From contig BTQG01000001.1 in assembly GCA_036985755.1 (NCBI GenBank), positions 17,204 to 81,203 of the forward strand: a DNA stretch of 64,000 bases, in the 5' to 3' direction. The position numbers and the translations under genes were made by a program. This document shows, piece after piece, positions 18,953 to 29,528 of this stretch (position 1 is its first letter; each line of letters starts with the position of its first letter). Source of the stretch: Acidimicrobiia bacterium (GTDB lineage Bacteria; Actinomycetota; Acidimicrobiia; Spongiisociales; UBA5794). Below the pieces are notes generated by a model. That model saw only the letters and a list, made by a program, of their open reading frames with translations, had not been told where the DNA came from and searched no databases.

Positions 18953-20328
18953 GCTCGAGGTCCGTCACCAGCTGCGAGCGATGGCCAAATCGATGCGACA
19001 TCCCCGGCCCCCATCAGCACGATGGTGTCACCACTCTCCATCTCTCCACGAAGCAACGCAGGGACATCGCTGAGCATGGGCACGTACTCGACGGAGCCAC
19101 CGGCTGCTGCGACCGCTTCGGCGACGATGCGACCCGATACTCCCGGTTGCGGGCGCTCACCGGCCCCGTACACGTCGGTCACGATGATGTGGTCGGCTGC
19201 GGCGAGTGGGGCACCGAACGCCGGTGCGAGATCGGCGGTCCTGGTGTATCGATGCGGCTGAAACACGACCCACAGTCGCCCTGCTGTCACCTGGCGCGCC
19301 GCAGCAATCGTTACCTCGACCTCGGTCGGATGATGTGCGTAGTCCTCGAGAATCGTGACTCCCCCGACCCGCGCCTTGACCTCGAATCGGCGCCGCACCC
19401 CTCCGAAGGAAGCAAGCCCGGAGGCGAGGCACTCGCTGTCGAGCCCGAGCTCACTGAACAGGGCAACCACACCGGCCGCGTTTCTGGCGATATGGGCGCC
19501 CGGCTGCGGAACGGTGACATCCACCGCACCCTGCGGTCCGTCGAGGCGGAACGACACGCCAGTGGCGGTCATGCTCAGGTCGGTCACCCGCCACCGCGCT
19601 GTCTCACTGGTGCCGTAACCGATGACCTCGGTTCGTTCGGCAAGCCGTTTGACCCCGGCGTCGTCGATGCATCCGAGCACAGGGCCGTCGGTGGAGGCCG
19701 CTACCTGGGCGAAGGCTTCCTCGAGGGCGGAGACGGTCTCGTAGTGGTCGAGGTGGTCCGCTTCGATATTGGTAACGAGCATGCCGGACAGATGAAGATG
19801 ACGGAAGGTGCCGAATGCCTCGTCGGCTTCGAGCACCAGGAGATCCTGGTCGCCGAGGTGAGCGCCGGTGTTCAGGGCGGTGATCTCTCCTCCGATGACG
19901 AACGACGGGTCCTGTCCGCACGCCCGGATCGCTGACACCGCCAACGCGCTGCTGGTGGTCTTGCCATGGGTGCCGGCGATGCCGACCGTTGGAATCGCCG
20001 CCGTGAGCGCGTTGAGCAGAGTCGGTCTCCGCCACACGGTCAGTCCCGCGTCTACGGCTGCCCTCAGCTCGGGATCGCTCTGTGGGACGGCGGTCGATGC
20101 CACCACGAGCTCGGTGTCACCAAGGCGATCCGGTCGATGGCCTACCCATGTCTCGACGCCGCTGTCTGCCAATCCGTCGAGCACGCTGCTCGGCTTGAGG
20201 TCCGAGCCGGTGACCCGATGGCCCTGCTGGGACAGCAGCTTTGCCAGCCCCGACATGCCGGCGCCGCCCGCACCGATGATGTGGATGCGCCGCCGCGCCA
20301 CGAGATCGAATGAAACAGAGTCAGCCAT
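18949..20328 (-). CDS. murC: UDP-N-acetylmuramate--L-alanine ligase
   Basis: HIIGAGGAGMSGLA, GIAGTHGKTTSS Mur-ligase P-loop. Confidence 0.95.
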   Translation of the reverse strand: MADSVSFDLVARRRIHIIGAGGAGMSGLAKLLSQQGHRVTGSDLKPSSVLDGLADSGVETWVGHRPDRLGDTELVVASTAVPQSDPELRAAVDAGLTVWRRPTLLNALTAAIPTVGIAGTHGKTTSSALAVSAIRACGQDPSFVIGGEITALNTGAHLGDQDLLVLEADEAFGTFRHLHLSGMLVTNIEADHLDHYETVSALEEAFAQVAASTDGPVLGCIDDAGVKRLAERTEVIGYGTSETARWRVTDLSMTATGVSFRLDGPQGAVDVTVPQPGAHIARNAAGVVALFSELGLDSECLASGLASFGGVRRRFEVKARVGGVTILEDYAHHPTEVEVTIAAARQVTAGRLWVVFQPHRYTRTADLAPAFGAPLAAADHIIVTDVYGAGERPQPGVSGRIVAEAVAAAGGSVEYVPMLSDVPALLRGEMESGDTIVLMGAGDVASIWPSLAAGDGPRA

Positions 20329-21400
20329 TGGCTACCTCCAGCACGACATCGGTGACGGTGGCTGTTGCCGCCGGACGCCCAACCATTGCCGCCGATACTG
20401 CCATCTCGTTCCTCCGGCCCTGGTCGGCGAGCAACCCGGTGAGCAGGTCGGGGAGGGTCGAGAGGTCGTCCTGGTCGACGATCAGACACCCGCCGGCGGC
20501 CTCCATCTCAGCGGCGTTCCCACCCTGATAACCCCTGCCCGCCGGAAGGGGAACGACGACTGCCGGCGTGCCGGTAGCGGTGAGCTCACTGATCGTGAGG
20601 GCCCCGGCCCTGGACAACACGAGATCCGACGCCGCATAGAAGCGCTCCATGTGTCTCTCGTACGGGACGGTGACCCAATTCGGATCGTCGATGGCGCGGG
20701 CGGCAACCGCATCGTGATTGTTCGGTCCGGTCACGTGAACAATGGCGCAGCCGGAGTCGAGGATCCCGCGAGCGAAGCCGACGACCTGTTCGTTGAGCGC
20801 TGCCGCGCCCTGGCTGCCACCGAACACGCCGAGCACGGTCTGATCCGGGTCCAGTCCGTAACCGGCGATCGATTCGTTGCGAAGTCTCGGGTCGTACCTG
20901 ACAATCGGCTCGGCCAGTGGATTGCCGGTCAGTTCGGCCCCGATCAACCTGGGAACGGTCGCAGGGAAGGCGACCAGGGTCCTGGCCGCCCGTCTCGTTG
21001 CCACCCGGTTGGCGAGACCGGGCACCGCGTTCTGTTCGTGGATCACGATCGGGTAACCGGCCGAGGAGGCACCGAGACCGGCGGGAATCGTGACATAGCC
21101 GCCGAAGGCGGTGAGCACACCGCGGTCGCGCCTGGTGAGCTCATCCTTGATGGTCCTTGCCGCTCGACGGATCATCAACGGCAGGCCGAAATTCCGTAGC
21201 GAGAGCGACCGCGCCAAGCCGCGTATGTCGAGGCGGACCAACTCGAATCCGGCTTCTGGCACCGCGGTGCTTTCGAGCCGCTCCCCACCGAAGAACACGA
21301 TGTCGGAAACAGAGACGCCCCGACGCACCAGTTCTGTGGCGACCGCAATGGCCGGGACAAGGTGCCCTCCCGTGCCTGCCGCGGCAAAAGCGAACGTCAT
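20321..21400 (-). CDS. murG: Lipid II glycosyltransferase MurG
   Basis: Start re-picked at ATG 21400 (MTFAFAAAGTGGHLVPAIAVA), ATGA overlap with ftsW stop; the tracked 795-aa ORF is an artefactual extension. Confidence 0.95.
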   Translation of the reverse strand: MTFAFAAAGTGGHLVPAIAVATELVRRGVSVSDIVFFGGERLESTAVPEAGFELVRLDIRGLARSLSLRNFGLPLMIRRAARTIKDELTRRDRGVLTAFGGYVTIPAGLGASSAGYPIVIHEQNAVPGLANRVATRRAARTLVAFPATVPRLIGAELTGNPLAEPIVRYDPRLRNESIAGYGLDPDQTVLGVFGGSQGAAALNEQVVGFARGILDSGCAIVHVTGPNNHDAVAARAIDDPNWVTVPYERHMERFYAASDLVLSRAGALTISELTATGTPAVVVPLPAGRGYQGGNAAEMEAAGGCLIVDQDDLSTLPDLLTGLLADQGRRNEMAVSAAMVGRPAATATVTDVVLEVANG

Positions 21401-22602
21401 GATCGGGTGGCGCCGGCTCTGGCGATGTTGACCAGGATTCCCACTGCGGCCAGGTTGACCAGCATGGCGTTGCCCCCCGATGACAGGAACGGCAGCGGAA
21501 CGCCGGTGATCGGCAAAGCGCCCACCACACCCCCGATGTTGACCAGAGCTTGCAACGACAGCCAGCCGACGATGCCGACTGCGAGCAGCCTGCCGAACAT
21601 GTCCGGCGCCTTCAACGCGACTCGGATTCCAAGGAAGCCGAAGGCGGCGAACAGGACGAGGACCAGCGACGCGCCGACAAAACCGATCTCCTCGCCGATG
21701 ATGGCAAAGATGAAATCGGTGTGGGCGTTCGGCAGGAAGGACCATCGGGCGCGACTGGCGCCGAGCCCAACCCCAAACCAGCTGCCGGTGCCAAGCGCGA
21801 CCAGGCTCTGCACCGCCTGAAGTCCACCGTCGAGCGGATCGGCAAACGGGTCGAGGAAGCCGGTGATCCGCGCTCGCCGGTAATCCATGCCCAGCGCTCC
21901 CCCAACGGCGAGCAGGCCGCCGATGGTGGCGACGCCTGCCAGATAGCCGATCGGCGCCGTCGAGGCGATCATGACGGAAAAGGCGGCGCCGCCGATGAGC
22001 AGCGCGGTGCCGAAGTCCGGCTGCAGGAGTAACAGCAGCGATACCGAGCCGACGACGGTTACCACCGGTACCGCAAAGTGGCCGAACTTCTGTAGCAGCG
22101 GGCCCTTTCTCGCCAGGATCGCCGCCAGGACGATCACGGTCGCCAGCTTGGCGAACTCCGACGGCTGCACCGTGATCGGCCCGACCTCGATCCAGCGCCG
22201 CGCCCCGCCGCGAACGACCCCAAAGGTCAGTGTCGCCGCCAGTCCGGCGACGGCAAGCACGTAGATCGGAACCGCCACGCGCTGGTAGAAGCGATAGGGA
22301 ATCCTCGTTGTGATGACGAATGCGGCGAGCCCGAGACCGACCCAGAGGACCTGGCGCTTCATGTAGAAGAGCGGATCTCCGGTTTCTCTGATCGACACGA
22401 CAGAAGATGCGCTCAACATCGCCCCCAGCCCGACGATCAGCAGCATCACGACCGGGACGACCAGGAGGATCGATCGCCGTTCCCTGAGGGCGGCAGCGGT
22501 CGCCCGCCTCCGACGTGACGAAGGCGTCGTTTCCTCTGTGATGTCCTCTGTGGTCTCGAGCATGGGACCAGCTTCGTCGAATCGCCTCGTCGTGCTCGTC
22601 AT
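21397..22602 (-). CDS. ftsW: SEDS-family peptidoglycan polymerase FtsW
   Basis: About 10 TM segments, QPSEFAKL, HTDFIFAIIGEE, SSGG motifs. Confidence 0.95.
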   Translation of the reverse strand: MTSTTRRFDEAGPMLETTEDITEETTPSSRRRRATAAALRERRSILLVVPVVMLLIVGLGAMLSASSVVSIRETGDPLFYMKRQVLWVGLGLAAFVITTRIPYRFYQRVAVPIYVLAVAGLAATLTFGVVRGGARRWIEVGPITVQPSEFAKLATVIVLAAILARKGPLLQKFGHFAVPVVTVVGSVSLLLLLQPDFGTALLIGGAAFSVMIASTAPIGYLAGVATIGGLLAVGGALGMDYRRARITGFLDPFADPLDGGLQAVQSLVALGTGSWFGVGLGASRARWSFLPNAHTDFIFAIIGEEIGFVGASLVLVLFAAFGFLGIRVALKAPDMFGRLLAVGIVGWLSLQALVNIGGVVGALPITGVPLPFLSSGGNAMLVNLAAVGILVNIARAGATRS

Positions 22603-23876
22603 TTCGACACCCCGTCCAGAACCAGCGCGGCGAATCGGTCACCGCGCTCCCCGTACCCCGAGAATTGATCGAAGCTGGCACAACCGGGTGCCAGCAGCAC
22701 AACATCACCAGGCACGGCCACCCTTCGCGCCGCTTCGACCGCAGCGTCGAACCCGGCGACGATCGTCATCGGGATATCGCTGGTCGCGGCCACTTCTGGC
22801 CCGGCCTCGCCGTACGCCACCAGGTGGCGCACCGTCGGTCCGACCATGTCGGAAAGGTCGAGCCCTTTGTTGCGACCGCCGGCGATGAGCACCACGCGTT
22901 CGTACGAGGCTGCGGCCGCTCGCGTCGCGTGCGGGTTGGTGGCCTTGGAGTCGTCGACAAACATGACGCCACCGATTGTTCCTACCAGCCGGCGACGGTG
23001 CGGCCCTGGGGTAAACCCGGCGATGGATCGCCTGATGCTCTCGGCGTCGGCGCCGGCTTCTGTGGCAAGCACCGCGGAGAAGGCCAGATCACCAACGTAC
23101 GACGGGTCGTCGGTAGGCAGCAAGTATCGGTGTCCGCCAACAACGAGCTCGGATCCGCTCACCCCTACACCCCCTGGCGGGACCGTGCTGGCACTGACGG
23201 GAATGGTGGTTGCGTCGGCTCGGGCCGCCAGCGCCACCGATCCCTCGTCGTCGACGTCGTAGGCGAGGCGGTCGGCGCCGTTCATGTTCTCGAAGATCCG
23301 AGCCTTAGCCGCCGCATAGGCGGCGACGGTGCCATGCCAGTCGAGGTGATCGGGAGCGACATTGAGGATGGCGGCGACCTTGGGGTGGAACGTGTCGATG
23401 TAGCGGAGCTGGAAGCTGGAAGCCTCGATGACGACAACCTCGTAGTCACCGTCGACGATGCTGCTCACCGGCGTCCCGATGTTGCCGGCGGCTACGGCGT
23501 CGACGCTGCTCTCCCTCAGCATCGACGTCGTCATCGCCGTCACCGTCGTCTTCCCGTTCGTCCCCGTCACCGCCACAACCGGCGCCTCCAGGTGCCGCGC
23601 TCCGAATTCGAGCTCGCTCCAAACATCGATATTGGCGTCTGCGGCATCGAGCAACGGTGGCGCGTGCTCCGGAACGCCGGGCGAGGTCACAACGACATCG
23701 ACCCCGTACAACTGCGCCCGATCCCAGGCACCCGACCCCACCGTGAAACCTTTGCTGCGCAGACCAGCCGCAGCCTCATCGGAATGGTCGTACACAGCAA
23801 CGCTATGCCCGCGGTCCCTGGCGAGGTGGGCCGCAGCCCCGCCGCTCACCGCGGCGCCGATCACGAGCACGTTCAT
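22599..23876 (-). CDS. murD: UDP-N-acetylmuramoylalanine--D-glutamate ligase
   Basis: Start re-picked at ATG 23876 (MNVLVIGAAVSGGAAA), VAVTGTNGKTT P-loop. Confidence 0.95.
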   Translation of the reverse strand: MNVLVIGAAVSGGAAAHLARDRGHSVAVYDHSDEAAAGLRSKGFTVGSGAWDRAQLYGVDVVVTSPGVPEHAPPLLDAADANIDVWSELEFGARHLEAPVVAVTGTNGKTTVTAMTTSMLRESSVDAVAAGNIGTPVSSIVDGDYEVVVIEASSFQLRYIDTFHPKVAAILNVAPDHLDWHGTVAAYAAAKARIFENMNGADRLAYDVDDEGSVALAARADATTIPVSASTVPPGGVGVSGSELVVGGHRYLLPTDDPSYVGDLAFSAVLATEAGADAESIRRSIAGFTPGPHRRRLVGTIGGVMFVDDSKATNPHATRAAAASYERVVLIAGGRNKGLDLSDMVGPTVRHLVAYGEAGPEVAATSDIPMTIVAGFDAAVEAARRVAVPGDVVLLAPGCASFDQFSGYGERGDRFAALVLDGVSK

Positions 23877-24934
23877 AGTCCCACCCCGGTGCCGGCCACG
23901 AAGTCGGCGTAGAAGATCCCGATGCCGAGGGCAACCAGGATGCCGGCGACGATCCAGAGGCGAATGATGACCACGGTTTCCGGCCACCCCTTCAACTCGA
24001 AGTGGTGATGGATCGGTGCCATGCGGAAGATTCGCTTCCCGAATACGCGAAAGGCGAACACCTGCCCGATGACCGACATCGTCTCCACCACATACAGGCC
24101 GCCCAGGACGACGAGTAGCAGCTGGGTGTTGGTGAGCAGTGCCAGCGCGGCGAGGGCGCCTCCGATGGCCTGGGATCCGGTGTCGCCCATGAAGATCTGG
24201 GCAGGGGCTGCGTTCCACCACAGGAACCCGAGCACAGCACCCACCAGCGCGGCGGCGAGCCGGCCCATGTCGAGCGCACCGTTGGCATCGACCCCGTAGA
24301 AGGCGAGGTTGCGAAACTGCCAGAACGCGATCAGAACGTACGCTCCAAACACGAGGGCGCTCGACCCGGCAACGAGCCCGTCGAGCCCGTCGGTCAGGTT
24401 CACTGCGTTCGCGGCAGCGGTGAGCATGAGCAGGACGAGCACGAAGTACAAGACGGGACCAAGATCGATCCCGAGGGGTCGGACGAACGACAGCTCGGTG
24501 GATGCTCCGAACAATTGAGCCCCCCAGGCAAAGATGCCGGCGACGACGAGCTGGCCGAGGAACTTCCAACGTTTGGAGAGCCCCTGGTTGTGTTTGGCCG
24601 CGTGTTTCTCGTAGTCATCGAGGAACCCGATGAAACCCATGCCGACAAAGGCGAACACTACGAGCAGCCCCTCGGGTGCAAACGGATGGAACGTGAAGTC
24701 GAGGCCGGAGCCGAAGCTGAACAGCCGAAAGTGGGCGGCGCCGTATCCGAGCACAGCCCCCAGCAGGATGACCACGCCACCCATGGTGGGCGTTCCCTTC
24801 TTGTGCATGTGGCCTTGAACATCCTCCTGGATGAACTGGCCGATGCTGCGCCGCCGGAGAAAGCCGATGGCGACCGGCGTCGCCAAGATGGTGAAGGCAA
24901 AAGCGACGGTTGCGGCGATCAGCAGCTGGATCAC
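23873..24934 (-). CDS. mraY: Phospho-N-acetylmuramoyl-pentapeptide transferase
   Basis: Start re-picked at GTG 24934 (GTGA overlap with murF stop, GAGGAGG upstream); KKGTPTMGG, NAVNLTDGLDGL, MGDTGS motifs. Confidence 0.95.
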   Translation of the reverse strand: MIQLLIAATVAFAFTILATPVAIGFLRRRSIGQFIQEDVQGHMHKKGTPTMGGVVILLGAVLGYGAAHFRLFSFGSGLDFTFHPFAPEGLLVVFAFVGMGFIGFLDDYEKHAAKHNQGLSKRWKFLGQLVVAGIFAWGAQLFGASTELSFVRPLGIDLGPVLYFVLVLLMLTAAANAVNLTDGLDGLVAGSSALVFGAYVLIAFWQFRNLAFYGVDANGALDMGRLAAALVGAVLGFLWWNAAPAQIFMGDTGSQAIGGALAALALLTNTQLLLVVLGGLYVVETMSVIGQVFAFRVFGKRIFRMAPIHHHFELKGWPETVVIIRLWIVAGILVALGIGIFYADFVAGTGVGL

Positions 24935-26262
24935 AGCGGGACCTCCTCGGTCAGCACTGCGGCCAATCGCTCGAGACCCACGGATCGGGAAGCCTTTACC
25001 AGGACAACCGATCCGGCTCTGGCTTCGGCGAGCACGATGTCGGCCGCATCCGCCTGTTGGGCGACGTTGCGCCCCCCGGCGGCCGCGGCGAGACCGTGGT
25101 CCCGGCCGACGGTGATGACGTCGAACCCGAGACCGGCAGCGACGCGACCGACGCGTTCGTGTTCGGCTTCGGTCACCGGGCCGAGCTCCGCCATCTCGCC
25201 GAGTATCGCGAAACGAGGTCCCGGCATGGCGGCGACGGTCTCCATGGCGGCGACCATCGAGTCGGGGTTGGCGTTGTAGGCATCGTTGACGACGGTGATC
25301 CGGCCCTGGTGAACCTCCATCCGCCACGGTGCCGCAGTGGCGGTGGCGAAACCGTCGCTGATCTCTTCGAGATCGCGGCCGAGCGCCATGGCGGCGGCGG
25401 CAGCGGCGGCGGCGTTGAGGGCGTTGTGCACACCAGCCATGGCGAGCTCGACGGCCACAGAGGCACCGTCGGCGTGCAGGATGAAGCGGGGTCTGCCCTG
25501 CTCGTCGATGGTGATATCCGAGACCCGGACACCAGCGTTTGGTGTCCGGCCGAAGGTGATCGTTGGCCCGGGGTGGGGGCGGTCCAGGCGGGGCTCATCG
25601 TCTGGCAGCACCGCAACTCCCCCTTCCACGAGCGATTCGACGAGCTCGAACTTGCCATCGGCGAGGGCATCTCTGGTCCCAAACGTCTCCAGATGAACAA
25701 CTCCGAGGTTGGTGATGATGGCTATGTCGGGAAGAACGGCAGGTGCCAGCCAGCGGATGTGCCCCACGGCGCGGGATCCAACCTCGAGCACGAGTGTCTC
25801 GGTGTCGTCGGCAGCGGAGAGCACGGTCAGCGGGACTCCCACCTCATTGTTGAACGATCGCGGGGAGGCAAAGCTCCCCGGCAGCGCCGCGGCGAGCAGA
25901 TCCTTGGTCGAGGTCTTTCCCGTCGAACCGGACACGGCGGCCACTCGCGCGCCCAGCTCGCTCCTCCGGGCGGCGGCCAGGTCTCTGAGCGCTTCGATGG
26001 TGTTTCCCACCTCGACCCGTGGCCAGCCCTGGCGGGGCGAACCGCGTTCAACGACTCCGGCAACCGCTCCCCCGTCGATGGCGGATGCGACGAAGTCGTG
26101 CCCGTCGTGGTATTCGCCTTTGATGGCGACGAACAACGCACCGGGGGCGACCGAACGCGAATCGGTAGACACGGAGTGGATTGACATCGAAGGGTCTCCG
26201 ACGACGTCGCCGTGTATGGCTGCTGCCACCCTGGCGAGGGTCCAATCGAGTGGCCCGGTCAC
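24931..26262 (-). CDS. murF: UDP-MurNAc-tripeptide--D-alanyl-D-alanine ligase
   Basis: DSRSVAPGALFVAIKG, AVSGSTGKTSTK P-loop. Confidence 0.95.
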   Translation of the reverse strand: MTGPLDWTLARVAAAIHGDVVGDPSMSIHSVSTDSRSVAPGALFVAIKGEYHDGHDFVASAIDGGAVAGVVERGSPRQGWPRVEVGNTIEALRDLAAARRSELGARVAAVSGSTGKTSTKDLLAAALPGSFASPRSFNNEVGVPLTVLSAADDTETLVLEVGSRAVGHIRWLAPAVLPDIAIITNLGVVHLETFGTRDALADGKFELVESLVEGGVAVLPDDEPRLDRPHPGPTITFGRTPNAGVRVSDITIDEQGRPRFILHADGASVAVELAMAGVHNALNAAAAAAAAMALGRDLEEISDGFATATAAPWRMEVHQGRITVVNDAYNANPDSMVAAMETVAAMPGPRFAILGEMAELGPVTEAEHERVGRVAAGLGFDVITVGRDHGLAAAAGGRNVAQQADAADIVLAEARAGSVVLVKASRSVGLERLAAVLTEEVPL

Positions 26263-27716
26263 GCCGTCGCCTCCCCCATCACAGCCCTTAGCTCCTGGGC
26301 GGCGACCAGCCGGTCATCGAACGGGTGAATGGTCCCATCGATGTCTTGCCCGGTCTCATGACCCTTGCCGAGGATGAGGACCAGGTCCCCCTTTTGTGCT
26401 CGAGCGAGGGCGCTCCTGATTGCGAGGCGCCGATCCGGTTCGATGAGGGCCTCTGTGTCTGGCACAAGGCCCGCGGCGACCTCGCTGATGATCAGCGAAG
26501 GGTCCTCGGATCGCGGGTTGTCGGACGTCAGCACCACCAAATCGGCTCCGGCGGCTGCCCCGCCCATTGCCGCCCTCTTCGCCTTGTCGCGGTCCCCACC
26601 GGCGCCGACAAGCGCGATCACCCTGCCGTCGGTGAGGCGCCTGGCGCTCTCGACCATCGCCGCGATGGCGCCGGGAGTGTGGGCGTAGTCCACCACCAGC
26701 CCGAACGGCTGTCCTTCATCGACCGCCTCGAAACGCCCCGGTATAACGCCGACGGCGGCCAGCCCGACGGCGATCGTCTCTGTGGTGCATTGCAGCTCTC
26801 GGGCGATGGCCGCCGCCAGCAGCGCATTGCGCACGTTGAAGCGCCCGGGCAGGGGCATCGAGGCCCGGTAGCTTCCCTCGGGCGTGATCACGGTGAACGT
26901 GCTCCCACCCAGGGTCACCTCGATGTCGGTGGCGGTGATGTCGGAAGCCCGGTCCAGCGCAACGGTCGTCACCGGCATCTGAGCGGCGGCAGCGATGGAA
27001 CGGCCGGCTTCATCATCGATGTCGACCACGGCGCGTTCGGCCCTCGTCACGTCGAACAGCCGAGACTTGGCCGCCAGGTACGAGTCCATGTCACCGTGGA
27101 AGTCGAGATGGTCCTGCATGAGGTTGGTGAACGCAGCAACCCTGAACCATACGCCATCCACCCGGTGGAGAGCCAGCGCGTGGCTGGACACCTCGATGGC
27201 AACGACGTCGACTCCGGCCTCGACCATCCTGGCCAGCAGACGCTGGAGGTCGGACGCCTCCGGCGTCGTTCTCGGCACAGAGACGTGCTGACCGGCAATG
27301 CGGCCGCCGACCGTGCCGATCACCCCTGGGGTGCCCCCACCGGCGGCAACGATCGACTCGATGAGATGGGTGACAGTCGTCTTGCCGTTGGTTCCGGTCA
27401 CCCCGACAACGGCCACACGTTGCGACGGCTCGCCGTGGACGGCGGCAGCCAGCGGACCGAGCGCCGCCCTCGTGTCCTGAACGATGAGCTGGCTGTACGA
27501 GGCTTCGTTCGCTCGATCAACGGCGACGGCGGCGGCCCCTGCGGCGATCGCTGCCTCTACATACTCGTGACCGTCCGCCACCAGGCCGCGTACTGCGACG
27601 AACAGGTCCCCGACCTTCACCGCTCGCGAGTCGTGGGTCACATCGTCGATCGATACATCCTCCCCGATCACCGAGGCCCCGCCGGGCAGACGCTCTGCGA
27701 GTGTGCTGAGCAGCAT
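26259..27716 (-). CDS. murE: UDP-MurNAc-L-Ala-D-Glu--2,6-diaminopimelate ligase
   Basis: Start re-picked at ATG 27716 (MLLSTLAERL); HDSRAVKVGDLFVAVRG, GVTGTNGKTT, TSDNPRSEDP. Confidence 0.95.
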   Translation of the reverse strand: MLLSTLAERLPGGASVIGEDVSIDDVTHDSRAVKVGDLFVAVRGLVADGHEYVEAAIAAGAAAVAVDRANEASYSQLIVQDTRAALGPLAAAVHGEPSQRVAVVGVTGTNGKTTVTHLIESIVAAGGGTPGVIGTVGGRIAGQHVSVPRTTPEASDLQRLLARMVEAGVDVVAIEVSSHALALHRVDGVWFRVAAFTNLMQDHLDFHGDMDSYLAAKSRLFDVTRAERAVVDIDDEAGRSIAAAAQMPVTTVALDRASDITATDIEVTLGGSTFTVITPEGSYRASMPLPGRFNVRNALLAAAIARELQCTTETIAVGLAAVGVIPGRFEAVDEGQPFGLVVDYAHTPGAIAAMVESARRLTDGRVIALVGAGGDRDKAKRAAMGGAAAGADLVVLTSDNPRSEDPSLIISEVAAGLVPDTEALIEPDRRLAIRSALARAQKGDLVLILGKGHETGQDIDGTIHPFDDRLVAAQELRAVMGEATA

Positions 27717-27720
27717 GGCC

Positions 27721-29451
27721 TCAATCCTCGTCGGGGGCGACGCCGAGTTGGTTGAGCGCCGACTCCGCGATCGCGGCGAAAACCGGAGCCGCCGAGGCAC
27801 CACCGAACTTGAGCTGGGTCCCATCGTCCAGCACACCGATCGGGGAGTCGAGAACGACGGCGATCACGATCGCGGGGTCGTCGATCGGGGCGATGCCGAC
27901 GAACCACGCAATGGTGAGGTCCTCGCTGTACGCACCCTGCTCGACGTCGAATTTCCTCGAGGTTCCTGTCTTGCCTCCGACGCTGAAGCCGTCGATGCTC
28001 GCCCGGCGGCCGGTTCCGCGTTCGACGACGCCGCGCAGCATCGTGAGCATGAGGCCCGCGGTCTCGGCAGATATCACCTCGCGGCGTCGTGGCTCGGTCA
28101 CGACCCGCTCACCATCGGGTCCGATGATCTCGGCGACGACATGAGGCTCGACCCATTCTCCGCCGTTGGCGATGGTGGCATACACACCTGCCATCTGGAT
28201 CGGGGTTGCGCCGATGCCGTACCCGATCGCAGCCGATGCCCCGCAGGTCGAACGACACCAGGTGGTGTAGTGGTCGAGCACGCCTGCGGCCTCAGTGTTG
28301 AAGTCGATCGACGCCTGCCGACCGAGACCGTAGGCATCGAGAAAGGCGTAATGCTGCTCGTTGCCCAACCGGCGCTGGATCTCGATCGTTCCGACGTTCG
28401 ATGACTTGGCGACAACATCGGCGACAGTCATCTCGCTGGGGAAGTTCGCATGGTCCTCGAACACCTCATCCCCGACCTCGACCTCGTGAGGAGTTTCGAT
28501 CATCGTGGAGGGCTCAACGATGCCCAACTCGAGTGCCGCGGACACCGTCACCACCTTGAGCGTAGACCCTGGTTCGTATACATCGGCGACCGCCCGATTT
28601 CGCAACGTTGCCGGATCGAGGCCGCTGCGATCGTTCGGATCGAACCCCGGCAGGGAAACCATGGCGAGGATCCTGCCGGTCGACGGGACCATCACGATCA
28701 CCGAGCCGCCGACCGATCCGGTCTCGTCGATCGTCTTGCCGAGGACCTGCTCGGCGGTGTACTGGATCTCACGATCGAGCGTGAGGATCACGTCGGAGCC
28801 CGGCGTTGCCGGGTCGATGAGCAGCTCCCCCTGCGGAATGGCCCTTCCCGCGGCGTCTCGCTCGACGATTCGTTTTCCCGGGCGTCCCGCCAGGGTACCG
28901 TCCATGATGGCTTCGATGCCTTCGATCCCTGCACCGTCGTCGAGACGGGTGAGGCCGAGGACGGGCGCGGCGAGGCTCCCCGACGGGTAGACACGAATCA
29001 GCTCTTCGACGAAGGAAAAGCCGTCGAGCTCGGACTCCTCGATCGCGGCCGCCAGGACCGCTTCTTGGGAATTCTCGAGCCGACGCGCCAGGAGTACGTA
29101 ACGCCCGTCACTCTCGAGCTTGACCGCGACATCGGCGATGTTGGCGCCGATGAGCGGACCTATCAGCGCGGCGGCCGCCGCCGGATCATCGATCAGGGCG
29201 GGATCGGCGACCAGGGAGCTGCCGTAGACGGTGACGGCGAGCTCGATGCCATCCCTGTCGTAGATCGTCCCCCGCTTGGGCAGAATCTCCTCGTGGCGAA
29301 CGCGCTGATCGAACCCGCGCTGCGTCAGCTCGGCGGCATCGGCACCCTGGACCTGAAACAGCCGGTAGCCGATTCCCGACCAGGCCAGGATCAGCACCAG
29401 CCCGAGCACAACGACGCGGGCGTCCTGCACACGCCATATCACCCGGCGCAT
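27721..29451 (-). CDS. ftsI: Penicillin-binding protein, FtsI-type transpeptidase
   Basis: N-terminal TM anchor; SxxK (GSTLKV), SxN (KSSNVG), KTG (GGKTGTS) motifs. Confidence 0.9.
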   Translation of the reverse strand: MRRVIWRVQDARVVVLGLVLILAWSGIGYRLFQVQGADAAELTQRGFDQRVRHEEILPKRGTIYDRDGIELAVTVYGSSLVADPALIDDPAAAAALIGPLIGANIADVAVKLESDGRYVLLARRLENSQEAVLAAAIEESELDGFSFVEELIRVYPSGSLAAPVLGLTRLDDGAGIEGIEAIMDGTLAGRPGKRIVERDAAGRAIPQGELLIDPATPGSDVILTLDREIQYTAEQVLGKTIDETGSVGGSVIVMVPSTGRILAMVSLPGFDPNDRSGLDPATLRNRAVADVYEPGSTLKVVTVSAALELGIVEPSTMIETPHEVEVGDEVFEDHANFPSEMTVADVVAKSSNVGTIEIQRRLGNEQHYAFLDAYGLGRQASIDFNTEAAGVLDHYTTWCRSTCGASAAIGYGIGATPIQMAGVYATIANGGEWVEPHVVAEIIGPDGERVVTEPRRREVISAETAGLMLTMLRGVVERGTGRRASIDGFSVGGKTGTSRKFDVEQGAYSEDLTIAWFVGIAPIDDPAIVIAVVLDSPIGVLDDGTQLKFGGASAAPVFAAIAESALNQLGVAPDED

Positions 29452-29528
29452 GTCAGGCCCCCCTCAGTCGGGGCCGGCGAGGAGCCGGTTGGCCGCCAGC
29501 GTTCGGCCTGGCCATGGTTTCCCTCCTG

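Noticed and set aside
21401-22708. Upstream 436 codons of the 795-aa ORF 20321..22708
   Set aside because: Runs through ftsW in a different frame. MurG begins at ATG 21400 with the canonical GTGGH N-terminus. The same logic was applied to the over-long ORFs 22599..24569, 23873..25327, 44550..46100, 49421..51004, 51135..54035, 56731..57717 and 14838..15680.
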